Shown: positions 28,440 through 42,018 of the stretch, one piece after another | How the letters are laid out: every line of letters begins with the position of its first letter | How positions within the stretch are numbered: position 1 is the stretch's first letter | Origin: Eledone cirrhosa | Taxonomy: Eukaryota | Length of the DNA: 64,000 nt | Assembly (NCBI GenBank): GCA_964016885.1 | Contig: OZ024756.1 | Location: forward strand, 28,644,001-28,708,000 | Reading direction: 5' to 3' | The notes under the pieces: model-generated | What the model was told of the DNA's origin: nothing | Seen by the model: the letters and a program-made list of their open reading frames with translations, nothing else | Database searches by the model: none | Translations under genes and position numbers: made by a program

Positions 28440-29330
28440 CTTCTTCTTCACCCACTTATTCCTGAGAGGGTCATGGGGGCAGAGTCCTCAAACATTCCTT
28501 TCAGCGAGTCCTGTCAGAAGCAACTGTCTCCAACTGATCCGACTGGATCACCAAGTGTGACCAGCCAAGCTCATGGATATTATTCAACCATCTTGCTCAG
28601 GGTCTACTCCTACGTCTCTCGTCAGTTGGTTTTGCCCATAAAATCTGTCCAGCGATATTTTTTTCCTGAGACATTCTAACCATATGTCCATAGTATCAGA
28701 ACTGAGATCTCTCAATTTGGAGAAGTAGCAGCTCTACCTGGAGTGACTCTCTCATCCCCAAGCTACAGATCTGTCCAGTGATTCTTTTCCGAGACATTCT
28801 AACCATATGTCAGTAGTATCGGAACTGTGATCTATCAATTTGGAGAAGTAGCAGCTCTACCTGGTGTGACTCTCTCATCCCCAAGCTACAGATCTGTCCA
28901 GTGATTCTTTTCCGAGACATTCTAACCATATGTCAGTAGTATCGGAACTGTGATCTATCAATTTGGAGAAGTAGCAGCTCTACCTGGAGTGACTCTCTCA
29001 TCCCCAAGCTACAGATCTGTCCAGTGATTCTTTTCCGAGACATTCTAACCATATGTCAGTAGTATCGGAACTGTGATCTATCAATTTGGAGAAGTAGCAG
29101 CTCTACCTGGAGTGACTCTCTCATCCCCAAGCTACAGATCTGTCCAGTGATTCTTTTCCGAGACATTCTAACCATATGTCAGTAGTATCGGAACTGTGAT
29201 CTATCAATTTGGAGAAGTAGCAGTTCTATTTGAAGTGACTCTCTGATCTCCGAGCTACGCACTTTATTAAGTAACGTTACTCCAAAGATCTGTCAGAGGA
29301 ATTCCATTTTGGCCGCTTGTATTTACAATC
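28440..29330 (-). mobile_element. RTE LINE fragment containing a 123-bp tandem array (~5 copies, 28643-29260)
   Basis: gagacattctaaccatatgtc recurs at 28668, 28791, 28914, 29037 and 29160. Homologous to 2790-3110. Confidence 0.85.
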
Positions 29331-29817
29331 GGGTTCTTGTTTGTATTTATTTGGTCTACAGTCAATTTGCCATTTATCCTTTCCTTTTGAGCGTAGATAA
29401 TTAATGTACCATTTCTGTGGCAGTGGATTGGTGGAATTTTCAGTCAGACAAGATGTTTTGTTGGATCTGATTTGGTTCTGTGCATTCTGAGTTCAAATCT
29501 TGCCCACTTCTGCTAGCATTGCTCAAGAACACAACACAACACAACACCGCATAACAGAGTTTATACTCATCGGGAGCATAAAACTTGGGATGAGGAGATA
29601 AAAGCTGACCTCGTACAATTGCAGCTCTCAAAGGTGATGACAAGATTGAGATCTCTGGTGTTATGCAGTAAAACAGAAGATGTGTATATACAGTGTGTGA
29701 TTGTCTCTGAAATGAATTATCCATGCACAAGGTATTGTTATCGTTGAGCAGTTTTATAGGAAGCAAGATTGAAAAATTGCTTCTGTGCTTTTGGCATTAT
29801 ATCAAACTAAATTCTCC

Positions 29818-29874
<57 letters not shown>

Positions 29875-30338
29875 CGTTGATTCTTTTCTACTGATTTCAG
29901 TCTTTAGACTGCTCCACTGCTGGGGCACCACATTGAAGGGATTTAACCAGTCATATGTGACCATTCTGTCTGTATAAGCTTATCTAGAATTATTATCCAA
30001 TGTCATTTTCTTTTTTGAGTATTGCCAAGATTGATTTAAGGGAGATTTGACTGCTATTTCTAGTTGTAGCTCTCTCTCATTAACATTACGTCTTTTTTTT
30101 TTGTTTGTTTTGATAAATATTATCATGTCAATACATTCTATATAAAGTTGATTATACATACATAAATGCTTGTTTAAGGGTTTGTATGATAAACATACTA
30201 AACATGTTCTAAATTAAGGTCTCTATACAATGTATAGAATCAATATGATAACTGTTAATAATGGTGACTGTTTACTTTGAAGTTTCACCAACATTAATGG
30301 TTTATCAGAACAGTTTTGATAAGTCATTAATGTTGATG

Positions 30339-30373
<35 letters not shown>

Positions 30374-30754
30374 CTACAATAACAATGCATGAGGATATAA
30401 AAAAATTATAGTTATAAATTTCTGAAGATGTAATTGGACTTCATAAAGTTACTTAATATTGCATAAGCCCATGTGAGTAATTGAGGGAAGTACTGAAACA
30501 TTTGTAGTATGACAAAATAAAATAAAAAGGAAATTATCCTCATACACCGTTATGGTAATAATTAAGCTCTGCATGAATATACAGAGCAATATTCTGAATA
30601 TATCTAAGTGAGCATTCCTCGGATAAAAGTATAATACCTATAAATGGACATTCAACATTACCACATGTATCCCTCAGAATGATACGTGGTATATTGAGTG
30701 CTAAAATTTGGTGAGACACAAAAATTATTTGTATAAACTCATATTGTTCCTAAT

Positions 30755-30807
<53 letters not shown>

Positions 30808-30867
30808 ATGAATGTATGTTCTATATTTGCTATTATGTCATTGCAATATTATATGTAAATTTGAGTA

Positions 30868-30919
<52 letters not shown>

Positions 30920-30996
30920 TAATATATCAATATATAACCTGACATTGTTTTCTCTCTCTCTCTCTTTTTTTTTTACCATTTTTCTTCCCTTCTCAG

Positions 30997-31032
30997 CAAC
31001 ATGTGGCATAGAATTCAAGGCCAGTTCAGACA
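30997..31032 (+). CDS. SNRK: SNRK 36-nt microexon, phase 2-2, encoding NMWHRIQGQFR(H)
   Basis: Branch-like CTGAC near 30939, long CT tract, ttctcag| acceptor and a consensus |gtgagt donor. Splices in frame to 44444. IQGQFR resembles IKAQFR of vertebrate SNRK (recalled). Confidence 0.8.
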
Positions 31033-31597
31033 GTGAGTTGTTCATTTCTTATCCAGACTAGAACTAACTGGATATATATTCTTTGGTGGACAACACCATT
31101 ATTTCGGGCTGATCATTTTATAGATATATTATATTTTCATTTTCTTCATGTCTTCTTTTTATTATTATTGTTGTTATTATTATTATTATTATTTTATCGT
31201 TATTTTAATTTTTTCTTTATTTTCTTCGGACATGTTATACTCTTTTCCCTTTCTCTTTCCTCCTCCATCTACCCCTCTTCCCTCTCACCCCCTTGTATTT
31301 CTTGTGGGTCATCCAGTCTGTTTGCAAATCAAATATACATTTCTTCTTAACCCTTAGAAATGCTGCTAAATCATCTATCTGTAGATTCGTTAAGACTAGT
31401 TGTGGGTTTGAGGTTTTGAGGGAGTTACTATTCAACCTCTTTGTTAACATTGCCTCTTATGAAAGATGCCACCTAATCAAGAATTTGTAGGACCTTCACC
31501 ATTATTAAGCTGTTGATTGGTGCATAACTTAACAAAGGTTCTTACACAAAATTATGATATATATAAAACACTCTGAAATAAAGTTTTAACTATTAAT

Positions 31598-32521
31598 GTC
31601 GGACACCATGCTTTGCAGCATAGAGTTATGGCCCTTTATGATCTGAGTGCAAAACCGGCCAAAGTTAACTTTACCTTTCATCCTTACGGGGTTGATAAAA
31701 TAAAGTACCAGTAATTCACTGGGGTAATTGTTGACCTTGTGCCAAAAGTAGAAACATTATCAATTGCAACTAAGTTCTGTTGACTTATCAACTGAAGCTT
31801 GCTCCCACAGACCTCCCTGTCTAGGTTTTTCCATCTCTAGGGGTACTTTACTTGGTTTATTCAACTACTATTTCTAGTTATCAACTATAAGGGCAGTGAA
31901 GTGGCAGTATCGGTAGAGAGTCGGACGCCATGCTTTGCAGCAGAGTTACGTCCCTTTACGATCTGAGTTCAAATCCCGTCGAGGTTAACTTTGCCTTTCA
32001 TCTTTACGGGGGTCGATAAAATAAAGTACCAGTAATGTAAATTGCCGGCCTTGTGCCAAAAGTAGAAACAATTATTATAGTTATCTGTATTGTGACAACT
32101 GAATTTATTTTTAAATTACAAATAAATAAATGTTTACCCTCATCAGACTGTGTGGCCATACTGCGGAATGACTTAAAAACACAATGGGTTTTACACAAGC
32201 AACACTTTGTAATATAAACATTTACACTAGTTTTCACTGCTGCTTCACCTTCTGTTGTTATTATTGCTGTTGTTTAGCTCCAAGTCAATCATGATCGAGC
32301 TGATATATCTATGATAAAAAGCATTCCAACTACGACCATCTCATCATATTTACAGCACAGATACAGTATAAGTCTATCTAGGATTACAGTGCACTTTTTA
32401 CATTTAAAGACAGTAGACTATGATTTGAGGGAGATTTGTCTTTTTCTTTCCTTACACTCCTTTCTCTTCTTAACTGTCTCTCTACCTTATTTATTTATTT
32501 ATATTTTTGTTGTTGTTATCA

Positions 32522-32576
<55 letters not shown>

Positions 32577-32935
32577 TGTTGTTGTTTCTAACATTGGTGT
32601 AAGGCCAGGAATGGGGAAAGGGTAGTTAATTAAATCACACCCTACCCTCTACACTGCTCCAACCTCCAGTACTTGACTGGTACTTTATTTTATAAACCCG
32701 TGGCAGGATGTTAGGCGGTGTTGATCTTGTGGCAGAATCATTAGAGCGTCGAACAAAATGCTAAACAACACTTAGTTACGTCCCTTCATGGTCTGAGTTC
32801 AAATCCCGCCGAGGTTAACTTTGCCTTTCATCCTTACGGGGTCGATAAAATAAAGTACCAGTCACACACTGGGGTTAATTGCTGGCCTTGTGCCTTTATA
32901 AGAAACAATTATCATTATTATTATTATTATTATTT
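31598..32935 (+). mobile_element. Three forward SINE copies (~31598-31760, 31889-32078, 32730-32935)
   Basis: Same SINE core and (ATT)n tails as 7932-8370. Confidence 0.8.
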
Positions 32936-33788
32936 GTAGATTTTGCTTTTGTATGTTTCTATGTCACCTCCTATCACGATTTGCATGTTGTTGCACTTGG
33001 TGGTTGCACTTGATGGTTGCACACGCTCATTGCACCTGTTCGTTGCACATGCTTATGTCTTTATTTTGTGCTTCTGCTTCACTCCTTGCTTGCTTATCAT
33101 ACCTGTTTGATGTTGCACCTTCGTTTCTTGTCCCTACGGACACCTACTGCTCTGTGTGTGTGTATGTATGAATATGTATGTATATATGTATGAATATGTA
33201 TGTATATGTGTGTGTATGTATGTGTGTATGCATATGTATGTATATATGTATGTATATGTGTATTTGGCTCAGCAGCTCAAAATGGATATACCTGATGTTA
33301 CTGTTTATACTAAAATACAAAAAGGACTGTACCTGTAATTCAAAGGGTCAGCCTTGTCACACACTGAGCCATGCTGAATCTCCCTGAGAACTATGTTAAA
33401 GGCACATGTTTGTGGAATGCTCAGCCACTTACACTATAATATAAGATGAACTTTTTTTTTTTTTTTTGTAATTCAAAGGGCCATCCAGCCTTGTCACAAA
33501 CTGAACTATACTGAATCTCCCTGAGAACTATGTTATGGATACATGCATCTGTGGAACACTCAGCCAGCCACTTGCATGTTAATTTACCAAGCAGGCTGTT
33601 CTGTAGTTCAACCAAGTGGAACACTTGGCATTGGAACTAACAGAGGTCCAACAATGTCACCGCTGCCACCACCACCACTATCGAAGAGGTGGCTGTCATC
33701 TCATCACAGTCACTTTGCCACAGCCTCTGTCTCCTTCACAATAAAGATAGTGGTACTGGGAACTGGCACATAGACCTTAATACCACTG

Positions 33789-34554
33789 TTTAATCCTTTA
33801 GCATTTAAACCAGCTGTATCATCATTGTTTATCGTCCATCTTCCATGTTAGTATGGTTTAGATGGGTTTGTCCCATTTAGAGACAAGTTGGGTCGGGTGA
33901 CCATGTCTTGCTCATATAGGACTGTTTCTGGCTGTTTTTCTATGGCTAGATGCCCTTCCTAGTGCCAACCATATTTACAGTGTTTGCTGGGTGTTTTTTG
34001 CCATGTCTTTTACATCTCCACTTTACAGTGTGGGCTGGGTGCTGTTTGTTGTGACTCCTACACTGCCACTTTACAGTGTGGGCTGGGTGCTGTTTGTTGT
34101 GACTCCTACACAGCCACTTTACAGTGTGGGCTGGATGTTTACGTTTCCAGCCAGAATTCTCTCACTTCTTTCTGGTCAAACTGGCTGTAACTGGCTGCTC
34201 ATACTGATGTTAAGGTATTGTTCTCAACATAAAAATTTGTCAATCGACTTTCATTAAATTGGACCGAGGAAACAATGTTTCCGATGGTCTTTCCAATTGC
34301 TAATACTATCTATTGGTCGCAACTCCAGGTAGAAGGAACAATGTGAAATAAAGTCTCTTGCTCAAGGACATAACGCATCGTCCGGTCCAGGAATGAAACT
34401 GACAACCTCACGATTGCAAATCCAGTTCTCTAACCAATCAGCCACTATCAAAATCTCATAGATTCGATATTATGTGAGATAATTATGTGAGGTAAAGCCA
34501 TTACCATGAAAATACAATAGTAAATATAGAGTAATGTAAATGGTAAAGGGTTAA
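33789..34554. mobile_element. piggyBac-like MITE with two nested retroelement insertions
   Basis: ttaatcctttagcattt ... aaatggtaaagggttaa ends. Segments matching 25743-26020 are split by inserts at ~33820-34140 and ~34235-34445. Confidence 0.7.
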
Positions 34555-35961
34555 CCTCATTGTGTAGTGCAAGTAAATGATGTGTGTGTGTCTGTACATT
34601 TCAGAGAAAGAAAGAAGACAGTCAAGTTGATTTCTGTTATAAATTTCTCCTAATGTTTCTCTTGTGATTGGTTTCCACCTCTCCTTTACTTCTAACCATT
34701 TCTTATCCAGACCAATTCTTATTTATTCAGACATATCTATTTCCTTATTCCTTGTCTCAGCATTTCTTTGGCTTCTGTATCATATAAAGATAGTTAAAAT
34801 GAGATTGCTCTGTCACTCCTGTATTTTACTCTGCTTTCATTTGTAGCTGTCTTATTGCCTTACCTCTTCCATTACTAACTATACACTTCGGAACATAACT
34901 TAACGAAGGTTCTTACATAAAATTAAGATGTAAGGTTTTTAGCTCTGCCTTATTGCTTTATCCCTTTCATTACTAACTATATTTCTAATGAAAGACACTT
35001 CAGAACATAACTTAACGAAGGTTCTTACCTAAAATTAAGATGGAAGGGTTTTAGCTCTGCCTTATTGACTTATCCCTTCCATTACTAACTATATTTCCAA
35101 TGAAAGACACTTCCTATATGTTTCAACAAATTTTGAAAATTATTAAGAATTTTAGAGGGATTTAGCAATAATACAAACTAACTTTCTCATTATTACACTG
35201 GTGTTCGGAACATAACTTAACAAATGTTCTTACCTAAAATTAAGGTGCAGTCTTAGATTGTAGAAATGGGGTTGGTTTACTGCAAATTTTACCAACTATC
35301 AGTCCAATAATTATGATACTATAAACATTTGAATTGAGTTTATAAATTTGTTTTTAGACATTTTCTGCCTCCTCACTCCTGTTGGATGAACCCCTTCCTG
35401 GTTGACTTCCACCATTTTCTGTTTGGTTTTGGTCATGTCAGGGGTGTAGCCGTACTTACCACGCTTGGCCAATTGTGGCTTGGTGAGGTTATTGAACCCA
35501 TAGTTGAGTGCATAGCTGTTGACTCTGAGGAGTTCATCCCTCCTTTTAACAGCTCTTGTTGCTTTTGTGTTCCTGGTGTTCTGTATACTCTTCTCACCAG
35601 ATCAGGGTCTGGTTGGGGAGCTGGTTTAGTCGCTGACCACTCAAGCATAAAGTAGGTTGTACTGGGTTACATGATACCAATAGCAGGCAGAAGCTTGACC
35701 TGACCTGACCTGACCAGAATCTGGTGGGAGAGCTGGTTTATTTTCTGACCACTCAACCATGAAGTGAAGCAGGTTGTACTGAATTACATCGTATCAGTAG
35801 CAGGCAGAAGATCTGACCTGACCTGACCATGGTGAGGGAACTGTTTTAGTCGCTGACCATTCAACCATAAAGCAGGTTGTACTGGACTACATGATACCAC
35901 TAGCAGGATGTTAAAATTCAAATTAAGTAGCTTTGTATATAGAGAACTAACTACTATGTTG

Positions 35962-36011
<50 letters not shown>

Positions 36012-36276
36012 GTAGGAGGTGAGTATGCGCATAATAAAATACATGGAACTCTTTTAACCATCTTTTGATCTTATATATATATATATATATCAACTAGAAA
36101 TAGATTGACATATATATATATATAAAATAAATACATGAAACAATCACAGGGAATAATCTGTAAAGAATGTAAGCACACATAGCTAGGTAGGTAACTAATT
36201 AAAGTTTGACTAGAACTTCAAATATAGATACCTTTTAAAATGATTAATCTCCTTTGTATATATATATATATATATA

Positions 36277-36468
36277 TAATTGTTTCTACATTTGGCACAA
36301 GGCCAGCAATTATCCCAGTGTATTACTGGTGCTTTATTTTATCGACCCCGTAAGGATGAAAGGCAAAGTTAATCTCAGCGGGATTTAAACTCAGACCATG
36401 AAGGGACGTAACTCTTTGCTGCAAAGCATGGCGTCAGACCCTCTACCGATACTGCCAATCCACCGCTC
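36277..36468 (-). mobile_element. Full-length SINE copy, reverse orientation
   Basis: Complete head-to-tail match to the 7932-8130 unit. Confidence 0.85.
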
Positions 36469-37421
36469 TATAATATATATATTATTTTATAGAGAGAGAG
36501 AGAGAGAGAGAAGTGATTACTATATATTATATACAGAGAACTAACTACTATGTGGTATATCATCATCATCATCATCATCATTTAACGTCCGTCTTCCACG
36601 CTAGCATGGGTTGGACGGGAGTTGTGCCACTTGAGGCAAGGTTGGTCGGGTAACCGTGTCTCGCTCATATAGGACTATCTGGCAGGCTTTTTACGGCTGG
36701 ATGCCCTTCCGAACACCAACCACATTTACAGTGTGGAACTGGGAACTTTTTACCGTGTTACGTACATGGTATATATATATATATATATAGTTGGAAATTT
36801 AGTAAAATCGAATCTCTGGCGGCCTAAAAACGAATTTCCTTCGGCCTACTTATATGAAATGATGAGTTAGCAATATATATATATAGCAGTATCTCTCTAT
36901 ATATATATAGCAGTATATATATATATACAGAGAGAGAGAAGTAACTACTATATGTGGTATATATATATATATGTGTGTGTGTGTGTGGAAAGTTCAAATC
37001 ACTTGTAATATATTGGAAGAATTTTGTTAAGAGAGAGGGGAGAGGAAGGGGGAAAGGTTATCAGCCGTTGTATGTCCTTCATTAGACTTCTTGAGAAATG
37101 TTTACAACCTTTTAAAGTCCGGCTTAAACTTCTGACCACTTGACCAACACTTACTAGGAAGGAAAATTTGCTAAACAGAAACGAAACTGTGTGGATGACA
37201 CGCATGTATATATGTGTGTGTGAGCATTTAAATATGTGTGTATGTATGTATGTATGTATGTATGTGACTGTGTGTGTGAGCCTTTAGGTGATATGTATGT
37301 GTGCGTGTGTGAGAGTGAGCATTTAGATGGTATGTATGTGTGTGCGTGGATGGCAGTGAAGTATATATGTGTGTGAGCGGATGGCAGTGAAGTATATGTG
37401 TGTGTGAGCGAGTGTTTAGAT

Positions 37422-37711
37422 CAGGCACGTACAACCTTTTTCGAGAAATGGGCCGCATGAGACATGGCTCATCATCAGATGGGCCGCAAGCGCTAATTTA
37501 CATTTGTGTCCACATTAAAAAAAGGGCGGTAACTCAGGTTGTTTTGATTTGTTTCTTCAGAATTCGTACACGTTGTTTTCCTCGATCGTAAAAATAATAG
37601 AAAGATAAATTACGACTGAAAAGTTGAGGTAAAAAAATAAGAAAGATTTCACTTAGTTGACTTAGGCGAGACATTCAGAGAGCTTCGCGGGGCGCAGGTT
37701 GCCCATGACTG
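37422..37711. mobile_element. hAT (Charlie-like) non-autonomous transposon, 290 bp
   Basis: Terminal inverted repeats caggcacgtacaacc / ggttgcccatgactg. Exact 8-bp target-site duplication gtttagat at 37414-37421 and 37712-37719. Confidence 0.9.
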
Positions 37712-37918
37712 GTTTAGATGGTGTATATGCATGTGTATATATATGGGTGTGGTGTATATATATATATATATATATGTGTATATATATGTAAAGTTATATT
37801 TAAAATTGTTGGGTTACAACTAGTAAATATTTATAACTGATATAAAAGCACTCGACAAATATTTGGAGTATATTTACAATATTAAATAAATGGAAAACTA
37901 TATTTATAAAACCATATT

Positions 37919-37984
37919 TATTTCATTATATATATTTCGGGGATATCATATTAACAATATGCTATGCCTTCATCAGACAAAATA
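37919..37984 (-). ncRNA. Degenerate type I hammerhead ribozyme motif (Penelope/retrozyme-like)
   Basis: Minus strand reads tattttgt-CTGATGA-aggcatagcatatt-gtt-aatatgatatcccc-GAAA-tatata-TA-atgaaata. Stem I has 8/8 pairs (2 G.U), stem II 11/14, and stem III is palindromic. Confidence 0.6.
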
Positions 37985-38065
37985 CAATATAAACAGTTTT
38001 ATAGATAAATATATTCGACATACCGTAATAAACATCAACTTCATTTGAAGAGGTTTACTCTAGCA

Positions 38066-38107
<42 letters not shown>

Positions 38108-38373
38108 CACACACCATATATATATATATATATATATACACCATATATATATACATATATACACCATATATATATATATATATGTGAGTGAACGTATATA
38201 TGGTATTTATGTGTGTGTATGTGCATCATATGTGTGTGTGTGTGTGTGTGAATGTAAGAGCATATATGGCATGTATGAGTGCGTATATGTGTATATATGG
38301 TCTGTGTGTGTGCGCCCGCATGTTTTTGTTAACATGATAATCTGTAAAATATCATTTCAATAACATCCTCTCG

Positions 38374-38479
<106 letters not shown>

Positions 38480-39048
38480 GCAAAGGTTAGCTGGGTTTTC
38501 ACAGACGAATCAGAATATACATAGACACATATTTTTGTGTTTATATTTATATATATGTGTGTATGTATACATATATACATATGTATAGAGTGTATGTGTA
38601 TATATATATACACATGCTATATATGCACTATATACACATACACATGTGAGTGTGTATATATATATATATATGTATATAGTTTGTGTGTATATGTGTGTAT
38701 ATATATGTGTATATATATATGTGTATATATATATATGTGTATATATATATATGTGTATATATATATATGTGTATATATATATATGTATATAGTTTGTGTG
38801 TATATGTGTGTATATATATGTGTGTATATATGTGTGTATATATGTGTATATATATGTGTGTATATATGTGTATATATATATGTGTATATATATATGTGTA
38901 TATATATATATATGTGTATATATATATATGTGTATATATATATATATGTGTGTATATATATATATGTATATATATATATGTGTGTGTATATATATATATA
39001 TATATATAGTTTGTGTATATATATGTATATATTGTGTGTGTGTGTATG

Positions 39049-39123
<75 letters not shown>

Positions 39124-39378
39124 TTGTGTGTGTGTGTATGTATATAGTGTATATAAATATATATTAAAACAGCCAACTTCTTTGTGCTGGTTCCTCTGAC
39201 ATTCCTCTAGAGTTGAATCTATCAACAAAGTTTCTATAGTTTATATGACTGCTACCATCTGGAACATCACATACATATACACCATCATGGGGGGTTCTGT
39301 TTGCTAGAAATAGCAGTCAAATTACACCTCAGCCTTAGAAAGAAAGACACATTGTGTAATCTAGGAACATGGCAGGAA

Positions 39379-40058
39379 GGTCACAGCTGGAATGACTTTG
39401 ATCATAAGTTCATACAATCAGGGCTAACACCTGTCTTACAAAAGGGCACATTAGATAATATATCTCTGTTTTGTTTTTTTTGCAAGTAGGAGAATGTTAG
39501 GATGGTCACAGCTGGAATGACTTTGATCATAAGTTCATACATTCAGGGCTAACACCTGTCTTACAAAAGGGCACATTAGATAATATGGTCTCTGTTTTGT
39601 TTTTTTTGCAAGTAGGAGAATGTTAGGATGGTCACAGCTGGAATGACTTTGATCATAAGTTCATACATTCAGGGCTAACACCTGTCTTACAAAAGGGCAC
39701 ATTAGATAATATGGTCTCTGTTTTGTTTTTTTTGCAAGTAGGAGAATGTTAGGATGGTCACAGCTGGAATGACTTTGATCATAAGTTCATACATTCAGGG
39801 CTAACACCTGTCTTACAAAAGGGCACATTAGATAATATGGTCTCTGTTTTGTTTTTTTTGCAAGTAGGAGAATGTTAGGATGGTCACAGCTGGAATGACT
39901 TTGATCATAAGTTCATACAATCAGGGCTAACACCTGTCTTACAAAAGGGCACATTAGATAATATGGTCTCTGTTTTGTTTTTTTTGCAAGTAGGAGAATG
40001 TTAGGATGGTCACAGCTGGAATGACTTTGATCATAAGTTCATACAATCAGGGCTAACA
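39379..40058. repeat. 126-bp tandem array (~5.5 copies)
   Basis: ggtcacagctggaatgactttg at 39379, 39504, 39630, 39756, 39882 and 40008. Confidence 0.92.
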
Positions 40059-40314
40059 TTTTAAATTTAATTTCTATTTATTTATTACTGGGTATATTTG
40101 GAGGAAGGGTCAGCACTCATGGCTTACATTGACCCTCCAAGACTGGAGCAGGGAAGGAGGAAGGGTGTTACTGAGGTTTGACATTCTGGATAGTAAGAAC
40201 TGAATATAGCGATTAGAGCAACGCCAGGAGTTTGAGGTGGCACGAGGACTGTGGACACAATACAGGGAAAGATGAGTCAGGGTGAATCAAGGTGGCATTA
40301 GTCCTGGGGCTAAA

Positions 40315-40552
40315 TCTCATGGTGGTCCATAGGTGTGCTAGAAATAGCAGCCAAATAAGGGGAACCTCATGGTGGTCCATAGGTGTAATTGAAATAGTAG
40401 CCAAAAAAAAAGGGAACCTCCTGTTGGTCCATAGGAGTGCTAGATATTGCAGTCAAATAGGGGGAACCTCATGGTGGTCCATATGAGTGCTAGAAATAGC
40501 AGCCAAATAGGGGGGAACCTCATGGTGGTCCATATGAGTGCTAGAAATAGCT
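40315..40552. repeat. ~50-bp minisatellite (~4-5 copies)
   Basis: ctcatggtggtccata...ctagaaatagcagccaaat repeated. Confidence 0.85.
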
Positions 40553-41218
40553 GCCCCCCCAAAAAAAGGAATTAAAAATCCCTCCATCAAAATATTCTGG
40601 TCTTGTCGCTTTGAAATTGATTTCAATTTTTTATTTAGAAACCATTTCCATGCTTTTATTTAGAAACCTTTCCATTTGCTGCGAGAAGCAGGGTGATTAA
40701 TTTACTGAAAATAATGTTAACATAATTAGCAGAACATTTCTGACGGGAATTGAAATGAGAAGGCTTCTGTTGTGTCTCTTTCCCCTTTTCTAATAAACAA
40801 TCATTACTTTAAACTTCTGTTCATATCTATAGTAGTATTGTGTTGTTCTCCCTCAATTAATTCTCTAACTACAATCTTTTTTCTTCCTTGTGCCTTTGTG
40901 TCTCTTTAATGTTGCTGTTTGTGTTACTTTTTGGCTCTGTTAGGATATATTCACATTTTTATTTACCTTACAACAACAGTGATGGGAAACCAACTTTTTT
41001 TTTTCTTATGACAACTCTCTAATGTGAGAGATCTGCAGCAAGTCTTTATGGAAAAGACATAGTAAGAGGGTGTTTATAGGTGAGATAGCTGTAAGAAATC
41101 TTTATAGACAGGGGATGGTTACAGTGTCTACGTGAGTGAGAGTTGTAATAAGTCTTTATAGAAAGGAGATGGTGTGAAAAATGTGTGTGTGAAAGCTTTT
41201 TTAAATCCTGGATGGTAA

Positions 41219-41274
<56 letters not shown>

Positions 41275-41587
41275 TGCTGACCCCTCATTATCAAGTATGG
41301 CCATTGTACTATATACCATTATGGATAATTCTTAATTCTGTCGTGCAATGGCTGTGCGTGAAGATTTTTTTTTAAAGTGAGGAAAGACTGTGCACTGAGC
41401 CAATCCCACTCTCTGAGCGACAGTAATCCGAAAAGAAGAAAAGATCAACATCATCGAGTTTCCTGAGTGGCCTTCTCCTAGAAGAATACCCTGGCAAAGG
41501 CTAGAGGTCCTTCACTCCCAGTGGTTTAACCGCGTGATCAGGTATCCAGCCCGACTATTTCTATGCCCCCGCGCATATATGCACACA

Positions 41588-41641
<54 letters not shown>

Positions 41642-41868
41642 TGTGTATGTACACATTTTTGGATGGCTGTTGACTCTTATGAGTTCTTCCACCCTTTCTC
41701 AGGTTTTGTTTTTTGTCCTACAGGGTGTCCAAAATCACCCTCCTCATATATATATATATATATATATATATAACGAAGGAAGTGTGGTAAGGAACCAGGT
41801 GGACCATAACATAACAGAGTACTCGATACTATCCTATAGGAAGTAGAGTGGGTAATAGGAAAAGAGTC

Positions 41869-41966
41869 AGGACCCCGACAGCTGAGCTCCGGCCGTTTCG
41901 ACAGCTATCTCTGAACTCAGTTCAGAGATAGCTATTGAAATGGCTGGAGCTCAGCTGTCGGGGTCC

Positions 41967-41967
<1 letters not shown>
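41869..41967. repeat. 99-bp palindrome (49-bp arms, 1-nt centre, 4 mismatches)
   Basis: aggaccccgacagctgagctcc...tctctgaact c agttcagaga...ggagctcagctgtcggggtcct. Confidence 0.93.

Positions 41968-42018
<51 letters not shown>

Noticed and set aside
32085-32155. Second hammerhead-like CTGATGA on the minus strand
   Set aside because: The 3' side of stem II and the GAAA box are missing; at most a remnant.
35386-35910. GC-richer ORFs at 35386-35655 and 35433-35648
   Set aside because: Short, without splice signals, and running into three degenerate ~120-bp repeats; most likely a TE remnant that I cannot classify.
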